64,000 nt of DNA from an uncultured delta proteobacterium (lineage in GTDB: Bacteria > Desulfobacterota > Binatia > UBA9968), in contig CAVSLC010000023.1 of the NCBI GenBank assembly GCA_963728565.1, positions 192,001 through 256,000 on the forward strand, given 5' to 3'. Made by a program: the position numbers and the translations under genes. Position 1 is the first letter of the stretch. Every line of letters begins with the position of its first letter. Below the pieces are notes generated by a model, which worked only from the letters and a program-made list of their open reading frames with translations, made no database searches and was not told where the DNA came from. This document shows, one piece after another, positions 28,869-37,748 of this stretch.

Positions 28869-30602
28869 GTGTATTGTCGTGCGATCGCTTGTGATTTTGA
28901 CGGTACTGGAGCGACTAACGGCCGTCCGGCGCCGGAACTTTATGCCGCGTTGGCGGCAGCACGCGGAGACGGAATCGTTACGCTTCTGGTAACCGGCCGG
29001 GTTTTGGAAGACGTACAACGCGCCTGCGAAGAGTTGTCGCCGTTCGATGCAGTAGTGGCTGAAAACGGTGCGATCATTCATCTCTGCGGTATCGACCGGA
29101 CGATTCAGCTCGGTCAGCCGCCGCCGGAACATTTTCTCGGTGAACTGCGAGCTCAGGGGGTGCCGTTTCACAGTGGCGCCGTTATCATTGGTACTTGGGA
29201 ACAACACGCTAACAAACTGTTAGAACTGGTTCGCCGTCTGGGTATCGACGGGCAGTTGGTTTTCAACCGCGCCGCACTGATGCTATTACCCAGCGGGATT
29301 AACAAGGCGATCGGTATCCGCCGCGCGTTGGATGAGTTGGGGCGTTCGGAACGTAGTTTAATCGCTTTCGGCGATGCCGAGAACGACATACCGATGTTGA
29401 TGAGTGCGGAGATGGGCGTGGCAGCTTGGGGATCAGTTCCAACGGTGGTAGCCCTCGCCGACGATTTCGTTGCGCAACCTGGCGGCGCCGGTGTTTCTCT
29501 CTATATCGGCAAGATCATAGAAAAACGCGGTATCGTTGCGACACCAAAGCGACGGGCGGTGGTACTTGGAACCTCATCGGACGGCTCTGAGGTGAGATTG
29601 CCCAGCTCAGGTACCAACGTTGTCATCAGCGGGGACCCGCGATCCGGCAAATCCTGGATCGCGGGAGTTCTATCGGAACAGCTTATTGAGGAAGGCTACC
29701 AGGTTTACATCATCGATCCTGAGGGCGACTATGCACAGATGGGGCAGCGTCCAAAGGTTGTGACCTTTGGGCCTGATTTAGCTTTGCCTTCTTCAGGGGC
29801 CGCGGCGCGGCTGCTCAGCAGCGAGCCACTCAGCACAGTATTCATACTCTCATCGTTAGCGCCTGACGAGCAGTGGAAATACGTCGACGAACTGCTCACG
29901 GCCACTCAACGAGTGCGAGATAATACGGGACTACCACACTGGGTGGTAGTCGACGAAGCTCATTACTTTTTTCAGGCAGGGAGCCCTTTGCTGAGGCATC
30001 TTAGCAGCACGACCGGGAGCTTGTGTCTGGTGACATACCGTCCGAGCTTACTCGCCGACGAAGTGTATGGATCGATCGGTGCGCATATAGTCACCAGCAC
30101 GAAAGTCGAAGACGAGCGTTACTTCGTGACTAAGATTCTTCAGGCGCATGATGGTCTCGATGTTCAAGCGCACGTAGCGCTCGACTCGCTGGAGGTGCCG
30201 CGCGCAGGATTGCTGTTAACGGCTGCGCCTGAAACGCGTTGGCAAGTTTTTACTCCGAGCAAACGCATTTCGCGCCATGCGCACCACGCTCGCAAATACG
30301 CTGATACGCGTCTATCCCAGGACAAGGCATTCCGCTTCATCAATGCGGGCGAGCCGCTTATTGCCTACAATATGATTGAATTCCATCGGGCCATCCAGTC
30401 AGCGCCTCTCGCTTCCTTACGTCATCATCTGAGTAAAGGCGACTTCTCACGCTGGGTGGGCGAGATCATTGGCGACGAGCAACTTGCCAGTGGCTTGCGT
30501 AAACTGGAGCGTAGCACCCTGCCTGGCTCAACTCTCGACCGTTCGGAGATCCTCGCCCATATCGACGACCATTATTTGATTGAACGGAGCGGAACGCAGT
30601 AA
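28869..30602 (+). CDS. HAD phosphatase/P-loop ATPase/small C-terminal helical domain fusion
   Basis: ACDFDGT, VTGR, AENG, K…GDAEND (Cof-type HAD); GDPRSGKS, IIDPEGDY, VVDEAH; C-terminal LRHHLSKGDFSRWV. Confidence 0.85.
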   Translation: MYCRAIACDFDGTGATNGRPAPELYAALAAARGDGIVTLLVTGRVLEDVQRACEELSPFDAVVAENGAIIHLCGIDRTIQLGQPPPEHFLGELRAQGVPFHSGAVIIGTWEQHANKLLELVRRLGIDGQLVFNRAALMLLPSGINKAIGIRRALDELGRSERSLIAFGDAENDIPMLMSAEMGVAAWGSVPTVVALADDFVAQPGGAGVSLYIGKIIEKRGIVATPKRRAVVLGTSSDGSEVRLPSSGTNVVISGDPRSGKSWIAGVLSEQLIEEGYQVYIIDPEGDYAQMGQRPKVVTFGPDLALPSSGAAARLLSSEPLSTVFILSSLAPDEQWKYVDELLTATQRVRDNTGLPHWVVVDEAHYFFQAGSPLLRHLSSTTGSLCLVTYRPSLLADEVYGSIGAHIVTSTKVEDERYFVTKILQAHDGLDVQAHVALDSLEVPRAGLLLTAAPETRWQVFTPSKRISRHAHHARKYADTRLSQDKAFRFINAGEPLIAYNMIEFHRAIQSAPLASLRHHLSKGDFSRWVGEIIGDEQLASGLRKLERSTLPGSTLDRSEILAHIDDHYLIERSGTQ

Positions 30603-30621
30603 TCTCGACGGCCAGGGTCGC

Positions 30622-30681
30622 GGCGGCGTTGTCGGCGAATCTGGCGGCGCAGTTTGTTCGCCGAATGCATGGCACGCCGCC
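30622..30681. terminator. GC-rich inverted repeat between convergent HAD and ppsA genes
   Basis: GGCGGCGT…TCGGCGAA / TTCGCCGA…ACGCCGCC; no clear U tract. Confidence 0.35.
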
Positions 30682-30682
30682 A

Positions 30683-33115
30683 TTAGGATGCCGTGGCCGC
30701 CCGCGGTGCCGGCTGGGCAGCTTCGATTTCCAGGATTCTAATCGTCGTTTTGAGAACCGCATCGGGATTGAGCGAGATGCTGTCGATGCCCAATGCGACG
30801 AGAAAAGCGGCAAACTCGGGATAATCACTGGGCGCCTGGCCGCAGATGCCGATCTTTTTGCCTTTGCTCCTGGCGGCTTGAATGACACTGCCAATCATTT
30901 TTGTCACGGCCGGATTGCGCTCATCGAAAACATGCGCGACGATCTCCGAGTCGCGGTCCACGCCCAGAACGAGCTGGGTCAGATCGTTGGAGCCGATGGA
31001 GAAGCCGTCGAAGATATCGGCGAATTCGTTTGCCAGGATGACGTTACTGGGAATTTCGCACATGACGTAGACCTGCAGTTCGTTGATGCCGCGTTTCAAT
31101 CCGTGTTTTTCCATCTCTTCGAGCACGCGCCGCCCTTCCCCCACCGTGCGGCAGAATGGAACCATAAGCTTCACGTTGGTGAGGCCCATTTCGTCGCGCA
31201 CCTTTTTCATGGCGCGGCATTCCAATGCGAAGCCGGCTTGATAACGCGGATCGTAGTAGCGTGAAGCGCCGCGGAAGCCGATCATGGGATTCTCTTCAAT
31301 AGGTTCGTACGCCTTGCCGCCGATCAGGTTCGCATACTCGTTGGTCTTGAAGTCGCTCAGGCGGACGATCACGTCCTTGGGATAAAAAGCGGCGCCAATC
31401 ATGGCCACGCCTTGAGCCAGCTTGTCGATGAAGAACTGGGACTTGTCATTGTAACCGGCGGTAAGCCGCTCGATCTCGACGCGCGCGGCGTGGTCTTCGA
31501 GGCGGTTGAAGTCGAGCAAGGCCAGCGGGTGAATCTTGATATAGGTCGTGATGATAAACTCTTCTCGCGCGAGACCGACTCCATCGTTGGGCATAAACGA
31601 CAGGTGAAAAGCCTCCTCCGGATTCCCGACATTCATCATGACCTTGGTGTGCGGTCTCGGCAGCTCTTGAAGGTTGATGCGTTCGATATCGAATTGCAGG
31701 GAGCCCTCGTAAACAAAGCCGATTTCACCCTCGGCGCAGGAAACCGTGACCGCTTGCCCGTCTTTCAAGTTTTCGGTCCCATTGGCAGTTCCGACCACCG
31801 CTGGTAGACCCAATTCGCGACTGACAATCGCCGCATGGCAAGTTCTGCCGCCGCGATCGGTGACGATCGCCGCCGCTTTTTTCATGGTCGGCTCCCAATC
31901 GGGATCGGTTTTTTCCGTGACGAGGACGTCGCCGTCCCGGACCTCGTCAAGATTCTGAGCGCTTCTGACGACGCGCACGGGCCCGCGGGCGATTTTTTCG
32001 CCGACGGCGCGACCTTGTGCCAGCGGCCGGGATTTTTCCTTAAGGCGATAGATTTCGAGAGTGTCAAAGCGTTTCTGTGATTGCACCGTTTCCGGCCGCG
32101 CCTGGACGATAAAAAGCTCTCCGTTGCGTCCGTCCTTCGCCCATTCAATGTCCATGGGCGTATAGCAATTGCGCTTGCGGCTGTAATGATCCTCGATCAA
32201 GCAAGCCCAGCGGGCGAGGGTCAATATCTCCTCATCCGTAATGGCGAAGCGCAAGCGATCGTCCGGCCCAACGGGCACGTTCTTGACCATCTTGCCGCCG
32301 CCGACATCGTAAATAAGCTTGAACTCTTTAGTGCCGGCAATCTTTTGCAGAATCGGGCGAAAGCCGTGCTTGAGAGTCGGCTTGAACACGTAATACTCGT
32401 CGGGGTTGACCGATCCCTGGACGACGTTTTCGCCGAGCCCGTATGCCGCATTGATCAACACCACGTCTGGAAATCCGCTTTCTGTATCTATGGAAAACAT
32501 GACTCCCGAAGCGGCGAGATCCGAGCGCACCATGCGCTGAATTCCTATGGACAACCCCACCTTTAGGTCATCGAATCCCTTGTCTTTGCGATAAGAGATG
32601 GCACGGTCGGTGAAAAGCGAAGCGAAGCAGCGCTTGCAGCTTTCCAAGAGAGCCGCATCACCCTGGACGTTAAGATAGGTTTCCTGCTGGCCGGCAAAGC
32701 TGGCCTCCGGCAGGTCTTCCGCCGTGGCGCTACTGCGAACCGCAACATCCACGGGTTCAGTAGCTCCTTCACAGAGCTTGTGGTAGGCCGCTAAGATCTG
32801 TCTTTGCAGGTCATCGGGTAATGAGGCCTCCGTCAGTTCGCGCCGAATCGCATTGCCCCTTTGCCGAAGATTGGCAGAATCCTGAGTGTCGAGCCCGGCA
32901 AGGATTTCCTTAATTCGCTGATCTAATTTCGTGCGCCGTAGCAAATCCCAGTAAGCCCCGGCCGTAATCGCGAATCCACTCGGCACCTTTATTCCTCCGG
33001 GGGTTAGCTCTCGGTAGAGCTCGCCGAGGGAAGCGTTCTTGCCGCCGACGAGCGCAACATCGTCGATGCCGATTTCCTCAAACCAGCGGATATAATGTTT
33101 GGCACTGGACATCAT
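30683..33115 (-). CDS. ppsA: Phosphoenolpyruvate synthase
   Basis: VGGKNASLGE, AVRSSATAEDLP.ASFAGQQET, QARPETV, GGRTCHAAIVSRE, FSIGSNDLTQ, GICGQAPSD. Confidence 0.97.
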   Translation of the reverse strand: MMSSAKHYIRWFEEIGIDDVALVGGKNASLGELYRELTPGGIKVPSGFAITAGAYWDLLRRTKLDQRIKEILAGLDTQDSANLRQRGNAIRRELTEASLPDDLQRQILAAYHKLCEGATEPVDVAVRSSATAEDLPEASFAGQQETYLNVQGDAALLESCKRCFASLFTDRAISYRKDKGFDDLKVGLSIGIQRMVRSDLAASGVMFSIDTESGFPDVVLINAAYGLGENVVQGSVNPDEYYVFKPTLKHGFRPILQKIAGTKEFKLIYDVGGGKMVKNVPVGPDDRLRFAITDEEILTLARWACLIEDHYSRKRNCYTPMDIEWAKDGRNGELFIVQARPETVQSQKRFDTLEIYRLKEKSRPLAQGRAVGEKIARGPVRVVRSAQNLDEVRDGDVLVTEKTDPDWEPTMKKAAAIVTDRGGRTCHAAIVSRELGLPAVVGTANGTENLKDGQAVTVSCAEGEIGFVYEGSLQFDIERINLQELPRPHTKVMMNVGNPEEAFHLSFMPNDGVGLAREEFIITTYIKIHPLALLDFNRLEDHAARVEIERLTAGYNDKSQFFIDKLAQGVAMIGAAFYPKDVIVRLSDFKTNEYANLIGGKAYEPIEENPMIGFRGASRYYDPRYQAGFALECRAMKKVRDEMGLTNVKLMVPFCRTVGEGRRVLEEMEKHGLKRGINELQVYVMCEIPSNVILANEFADIFDGFSIGSNDLTQLVLGVDRDSEIVAHVFDERNPAVTKMIGSVIQAARSKGKKIGICGQAPSDYPEFAAFLVALGIDSISLNPDAVLKTTIRILEIEAAQPAPRAATAS

Positions 33116-33499
33116 ACGTCTCTCCTCTCTGACCGACTCCTGCTAGGCGGCCCGCCTCAGCTGATCCGCCTTTGGCGAAATGGGCCTGCGCTCATTGGAT
33201 CCGTTGCACTACATCCAAACGTTTTGAACGGATTGAACGGCTAGAGCTTTTTGAACTCAGTTCTCCCTGTAGCGGTGCAATCCGAATGTCGCTCGCAGGG
33301 GCGATTAAAGAAAGCCATGGTATGCGAAAGCTATGGCATGAGGCCGGGATGGTGCCACCAAAAACTTGCTTTGCGAATTGCAGCAGCACGGATTCTTGCA
33401 CCAATGATCACACTGTTATCGCGGCCGCACGGCGCAGCCCTTGCGCCAGGCGTAGGGATCACACGGTCAATAAAGAAGCGGTGCGTGCCGCCCGGAATC

Positions 33500-34186
33500 T
33501 TAGCCTGCGGCGGGTGCTTGGACGCGACTCCCGAGATACCGACTGAACCATTCCGCTGCTAGACGCGCCGCTTCTTGGAGCGTGCCCGGCTCTTCAAATA
33601 AATGCGTTGCACCTGGAACGATGGCCAGATGTTTTTCAGCTTTGAGTTTGGCATAAGCTTGCCGATTGAGATCAATGACAACCTCATCGAGGCCGCCAAC
33701 GATCAGCAGCGTCGGCGATTGGACCCGGTCCAGCGCCGGCATCGCTAAATCCGGCCGGCCACCACGTGACACCACTGCGCCAATCGATGAACCGAACGTC
33801 GCTGCGGCCTGCAGCGCCGCAGCCGCGCCGGTGCTTGCCCCAAAGTATCCAATGTCTAGGGAAGTGCTCCGCGGCTGCTCCATGATCCACTGGGTGGCGC
33901 GCTCCAAACGCCAGGTCAGGAGGTCGATGTCGAATCTATTCTCGTAGATGGAATCTTCCTCTGTGGTCAGCAGATCCATGAGCAACGTGCCCATCCCCGC
34001 TCTGTGGAGGACTTGAGCCACAAAGTTGTTTCTCGGACTGTGAAGGCTGCTGCCGCTGCCGTGAGCGAACAGCACGACGCCGTTGGCGTTTGCAGGGATC
34101 ACCAGCGCGCCTTCTAGCTCGATCCCGTTCGCCGGAATCTGGACGATTCGGTCGAACTGATTGTGTCCGATACGTGTTTTATTCAT
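33500..34186 (-). CDS. Dienelactone hydrolase-like alpha/beta hydrolase (Rv0571c C-terminal-like)
   Basis: FAHGSGSS, GYFGASTGAAAAL, VSRGGRPDLA, VPGATHLFEEPG. Confidence 0.9.
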   Translation of the reverse strand: MNKTRIGHNQFDRIVQIPANGIELEGALVIPANANGVVLFAHGSGSSLHSPRNNFVAQVLHRAGMGTLLMDLLTTEEDSIYENRFDIDLLTWRLERATQWIMEQPRSTSLDIGYFGASTGAAAALQAAATFGSSIGAVVSRGGRPDLAMPALDRVQSPTLLIVGGLDEVVIDLNRQAYAKLKAEKHLAIVPGATHLFEEPGTLQEAARLAAEWFSRYLGSRVQAPAAG

Positions 34187-34206
34187 CGTGACACCACCAA
34201 CTCACT

Positions 34207-34320
34207 TCAGGCAACCAGGCAGCCGATGTTCTTGTCTTCCATAATCCAGCAAGCCTCTGCGATACTCGTCTCCGAAGAAATGGTCACCACGCGCTTTTGA
34301 CAAAATGCTCGTGAAACAAG
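34207..34320 (-). pseudogene. Truncated CBS-gene copy
   Basis: Manual translation SRAFCQKRVVTISSETSIAEACWIMEDKNIGCLVA* matches the N-terminus of CBS 13947-14372. Confidence 0.8.
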
Positions 34321-34331
34321 ATAGCCTCCCA

Positions 34332-34760
34332 TTAGGCGTTTATTTCTGGAAACTCTTCGGAGATGGCTTTGCCGATCTCCGAAATATCGCTGCCCAATTG
34401 CGCGATCAGATCTTCCAGTGTAACAAGGCCCAGAGTCGTATCGAAGCCGTTGACAATCGGTACGCGCCGGACGTGGTAGGCATGCATCAGCACGGTCAAG
34501 TGATGCAGATCCTTATCCACGGAAACACGAATCGGGTCCGGCGTCATGATGTCTTGGACCTTGGTCTTATCCGGATCGCGCTTTGTGCCGGTGACCCGGA
34601 GCGCGATGTCTCGGTCAGTGACGATGCCGCAAAGTTTTCCCTCGTGCTCGGCAATCAAGCAGCCGATGTTGTTTTGCTCCATCAGTTGGCAGGCCTCGGT
34701 AATGCTCGTTTCCGGTGATATTCTGACTACCGGTTTTCGACAATAACTTTTCAACGACAT
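34332..34760 (-). CDS. CBS-domain protein (paralog of 13947-14372)
   Basis: IGCLI…GIVTDRDI…IMTPDP…HVRRVPIV. Confidence 0.92.
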   Translation of the reverse strand: MSLKSYCRKPVVRISPETSITEACQLMEQNNIGCLIAEHEGKLCGIVTDRDIALRVTGTKRDPDKTKVQDIMTPDPIRVSVDKDLHHLTVLMHAYHVRRVPIVNGFDTTLGLVTLEDLIAQLGSDISEIGKAISEEFPEINA

Positions 34761-34799
34761 GGATTCCTCCCGTAAAAGAGCCCATCTGCATTGCGTTCG

Positions 34800-35420
34800 T
34801 CATAGTTCTTTCGTTCCTATCCGGTGTATTCCCAACATCTTGAAGCCGCTGGCGCGGAGCGCCTTGGCGATTTTCTCTGGTGCCCCTGAAAGCAGACGCA
34901 AGTAGCAAATCGGATTTTCGCCCGGCTTTTCCCTGTACGTGCCGACGCCTAAAACTTCGCCGCCCTCGCGCGCGACAATGCGCGTGGCTTCGACCAAGCC
35001 GTGCTCTTCGCCTTCTAAAACCAAGTCCATCCTGGTGCTGCCGCCGTGCGACGCTCCCATGACGTCAAGGAATGCGTTGAGAATATCACTGGCGGTAATG
35101 ATGCCGATCAAGCGTCCGTCTGCCACTACAGGTAGGCCACCGACCTGCCGCTCCAGCAGAATTTGCGTCGCTTCTTCCAATGTCGTCGCCGGGGTTACGG
35201 TTAACGGATTTTCCGTCATCGCGCCGTTGATCTTGGTGTGCTCGAGATGACCATGATGCTCGCGCACGTCTCGTTCAGTGACGATGCCGACAAGCTTGCC
35301 TTCGCTCACCACTGGCACCCGGCGAAATCCGCCCGCCTGCATTTTATGCGAGGCGCGGATCAGCAAATCATCCGGCCCAACCGTAATCGGTTCTTTAGTC
35401 ATGCGGTTTCCAACGATCAT
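34800..35420 (-). CDS. CBS-CBS-ACT protein (AcuB-like)
   Basis: MTKEPITV…GIVTERD…GIITASDILNAF..MG followed by an ACT-like C-terminus. Confidence 0.85.
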   Translation of the reverse strand: MIVGNRMTKEPITVGPDDLLIRASHKMQAGGFRRVPVVSEGKLVGIVTERDVREHHGHLEHTKINGAMTENPLTVTPATTLEEATQILLERQVGGLPVVADGRLIGIITASDILNAFLDVMGASHGGSTRMDLVLEGEEHGLVEATRIVAREGGEVLGVGTYREKPGENPICYLRLLSGAPEKIAKALRASGFKMLGIHRIGTKEL

Positions 35421-35520
35421 ATTGACCTCACGGTTCTCTTTGTCGCTTGGCTGGGAGCAAGTCCCGTCGGGCAACGAGTCCGGCAAGCGGTACTGTCGAT
35501 CACGTCGTGGCTTATTGCCA

Positions 35521-35694
35521 TCAACTCTTCTTAGACGTCTTCACCTGCACCAGCGAAATCGTCTTAACCACTTTTGTGCTGCCGCACGAGGGACATTTAT
35601 TGTTTTCTTTAATCCGCTTGTCGTACTCGGAGAGCGACCAGATTCTTTCGAAAGCCTTGTCGCACTTCTCGCAGCGAAATTCATAAGTCGGCAT
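35521..35694 (-). CDS. FmdB-family zinc ribbon protein (57 aa)
   Basis: Manual translation MPTYEFRCEKCDKAFERIWSLSEYDKRIKENNKCPSCGSTKVVKTISLVQVKTSKKS*; SD AGGAGG; missed by the ORF track. Confidence 0.9.
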   Translation of the reverse strand: MPTYEFRCEKCDKAFERIWSLSEYDKRIKENNKCPSCGSTKVVKTISLVQVKTSKKS

Positions 35695-35712
35695 GTGGCG
35701 TCCTCCTGCTCC

Positions 35713-36432
35713 TCAGCGTTCGGCCTGTATCCGGTTGATGACTTCACTGACCCCAAGCACGTACCAGGCATCGCGTTCGGCCATCTGCTTCATGGTCTCA
35801 TTCGGAACCAACCCATCCATAGTGACGACCCACTCTTTGGTTGTGACCCGGATCTTGGTCGCATCGACAAATGGATCTTTTTCCAAGGCGAGGTGGACCC
35901 CGTCGGTCAGCTCATCGTCGTTATCTTCTTGCGCGGGCACTTCTTCCAAGCCGTTAACAACGTCGCGAGTCCCGGGTACCCACCAGGCAAGGACGCCGGC
36001 TAAGCGCTTGTGCGATAGGCTGGGCACTTTCCCATTGAGCGTCACTGTGCCGTCGCTGACGGCGACAACAATCGATCCCGCAAGTTCGCCCGCGGCCTTT
36101 TCAGTTGCGACCTGATTACCGACGAAGCCCTCGATAATGCAGTGTTCCAGCGCCGGTTCTTCAAACAGGACCTTGCATACGTGATCGCGAATTTCGGCGT
36201 CTCCCATTTTTTCAGCGGGAGTGACCCTCAGCCGATCGACGATTCGTCCAACACCATGAGTATGCGACGCCGCTACAAGAGCCAACTTTTTGGCGGCGAT
36301 ACCCTCGACCTCTCCCGTCAGGATCAGATCGTCGTTTTGAGCGGCAATGGCAATCGGATAGCGATGAAGGTTAATTCGGGGATCTTTTTCGAGGACGGCA
36401 CGGACCTGCTTTATGGTTGCTTGTTTATTCAT
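35713..36432 (-). CDS. BON-domain (OsmY-like) protein, three BON repeats
   Basis: LTGEV…GVGRIVDRL; VTLNGKV…VPGTRDVVNGL; VTMDGLV…GVSEVINRI. Confidence 0.9.
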   Translation of the reverse strand: MNKQATIKQVRAVLEKDPRINLHRYPIAIAAQNDDLILTGEVEGIAAKKLALVAASHTHGVGRIVDRLRVTPAEKMGDAEIRDHVCKVLFEEPALEHCIIEGFVGNQVATEKAAGELAGSIVVAVSDGTVTLNGKVPSLSHKRLAGVLAWWVPGTRDVVNGLEEVPAQEDNDDELTDGVHLALEKDPFVDATKIRVTTKEWVVTMDGLVPNETMKQMAERDAWYVLGVSEVINRIQAER

Positions 36433-36594
36433 CGTCCTTGCACTTTCGGGTTCCCCGTAATGGCGAGATTCCTGCCTCGCCGCATCGCACCTAGAGTGAG
36501 GAAAATATTGATGCGATAGCGTGCGAATGACGAGGCGCCAATCAGTTTCGGTTCCATAAATGATTCGGTGCTATTCCTATGCTCGAATTCCTGC

Positions 36595-36609
36595 GCAAAG
36601 CATGTGCCA
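36595..36609 (-). promoter_or_regulatory. sigma54 promoter for BON-FmdB-AcuB-CBS-hydrolase run
   Basis: TGGCACATGCTTTGC. Confidence 0.85.
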
Positions 36610-36699
36610 TTACAATCGCCTTCTTGTTCATGGCCCTTGATAATATCGTGTCGAGATTACGAGGAATCCCAACGCCTTTGAACATGACTTGCGGTCGTT

Positions 36700-36746
36700 T
36701 TTTTAATCTTGATATTTTCCACCCATCAATTTCTTAGCGGCGGGAA
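36700..36746. promoter_or_regulatory. Tandem enhancer sites between divergent sigma54 promoters
   Basis: TTTTTA-ATCT-TGATAT (36700) and TTCTTA-GCGG-CGGGAA (36731), 31 bp apart. Confidence 0.5.
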
Positions 36747-36786
36747 TTAAGATCACCGGCGAACTAATTCAAACAGTAGCTTTATC

Positions 36787-36801
36787 TGGCACGCTGCATG
36801 C
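36787..36801 (+). promoter_or_regulatory. sigma54 promoter
   Basis: TGGCACGCTGCATGC, 42 nt before ATG 36844. Confidence 0.8.
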
Positions 36802-36843
36802 GGGCTGTGATGTCTGTAAGCGAAGTTCGCCTGGAGGTGTCGT

Positions 36844-37098
36844 ATGGAAGATGTGGACATTGAGCAAAGATTCCATTTCATGCAAAAGCAGATCGAAGCG
36901 ACGGTTTCGTTAACGCGGGAATGCAGACTCGATCTGATGGCGGCCATTGATTCACTTAGGATCGAGCTCGAAGTCTTGAAGAGCTACATGGAACGCTATC
37001 ATCCTGGTTTTGCGGAGTCTTATCCAAAGTTCAGGGAAGAGGCGATTCAGGCAATCGATCCAGAATGGATTGGCTCGGTAGCCCGGAAAAACGCTTGA
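36844..37098 (+). CDS. Small helical hypothetical protein
   Basis: 84 aa, SD GGAGG, own sigma54 promoter, coiled-coil-like composition. Confidence 0.75.
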   Translation: MEDVDIEQRFHFMQKQIEATVSLTRECRLDLMAAIDSLRIELEVLKSYMERYHPGFAESYPKFREEAIQAIDPEWIGSVARKNA

Positions 37099-37344
37099 AG
37101 GCCGCTAATGCAGTCGGCCTGCATGGCGCATTGCCAGTGTGCAAAAATCGTCGTCGGCCCTTGGCCATTGATGAGACGGCAAAACATGCCTCGCGGACTG
37201 GGACCGCTGCATGGATTTCGCACCAATGAGAGAAACAGACCGCGCGATTCGCAAAGGTGATTAAGGTACAGGATATCGCGACGAAAAGTCGCACCGATCA
37301 ATCTCAAATCGAATTCGTCGCCCAATTGAACAGATGATTCCAAT

Positions 37345-37575
37345 CTAGTACGGAAGGGACAGTCCGAGGCTTGCCTTCTGCGCGGGGGTCAAACGGTCCG
37401 CTCTGATATAGCCAAGCTCTTCCAGTCGTTTGATACAGGCATCGCCGTCTTCGCCCACCGGACAGTAACGGAGTTCGTTTGTCTTCACGTTAAGCAACAG
37501 GATTGATGTCGGTCCACAGCTAAGTACCGCATTGCAGATGATAATCGACATGGAAATGCCAAGGGCGTGTTTCAT
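37345..37575 (-). CDS. Small hypothetical exported/lipoprotein
   Basis: N-terminal hydrophobic stretch ending VLSC; 76 aa with two further Cys after it. Confidence 0.5.
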   Translation of the reverse strand: MKHALGISMSIIICNAVLSCGPTSILLLNVKTNELRYCPVGEDGDACIKRLEELGYIRADRLTPAQKASLGLSLPY

Positions 37576-37748
37576 TCGATGGAATTGCGGCGGCTCTCGT
37601 CGTCTCTTGAGCGCGTCCTTATATATGTCCTGCCGATCGAAGAAGCGGAAACCGCGTTCACTTCAAGGTGTGACCGTAAGCCGCTGTGCGCGTCATTCCA
37701 GAAAACAAGCTCGGGTTCTCAGGCAGGTTGTGCACCTGGAACTTCACC

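Noticed and set aside
30629-32566. Long antisense ORFs over ppsA (similar ones over pdh, acsA and the CBS genes)
   Set aside because: Shadow ORFs typical of GC-rich coding strands; no motifs or SD.
33277-33291. CGACATTCGGATTGC upstream of ppsA
   Set aside because: GA instead of the invariant GG at -24; possible relic, not counted.
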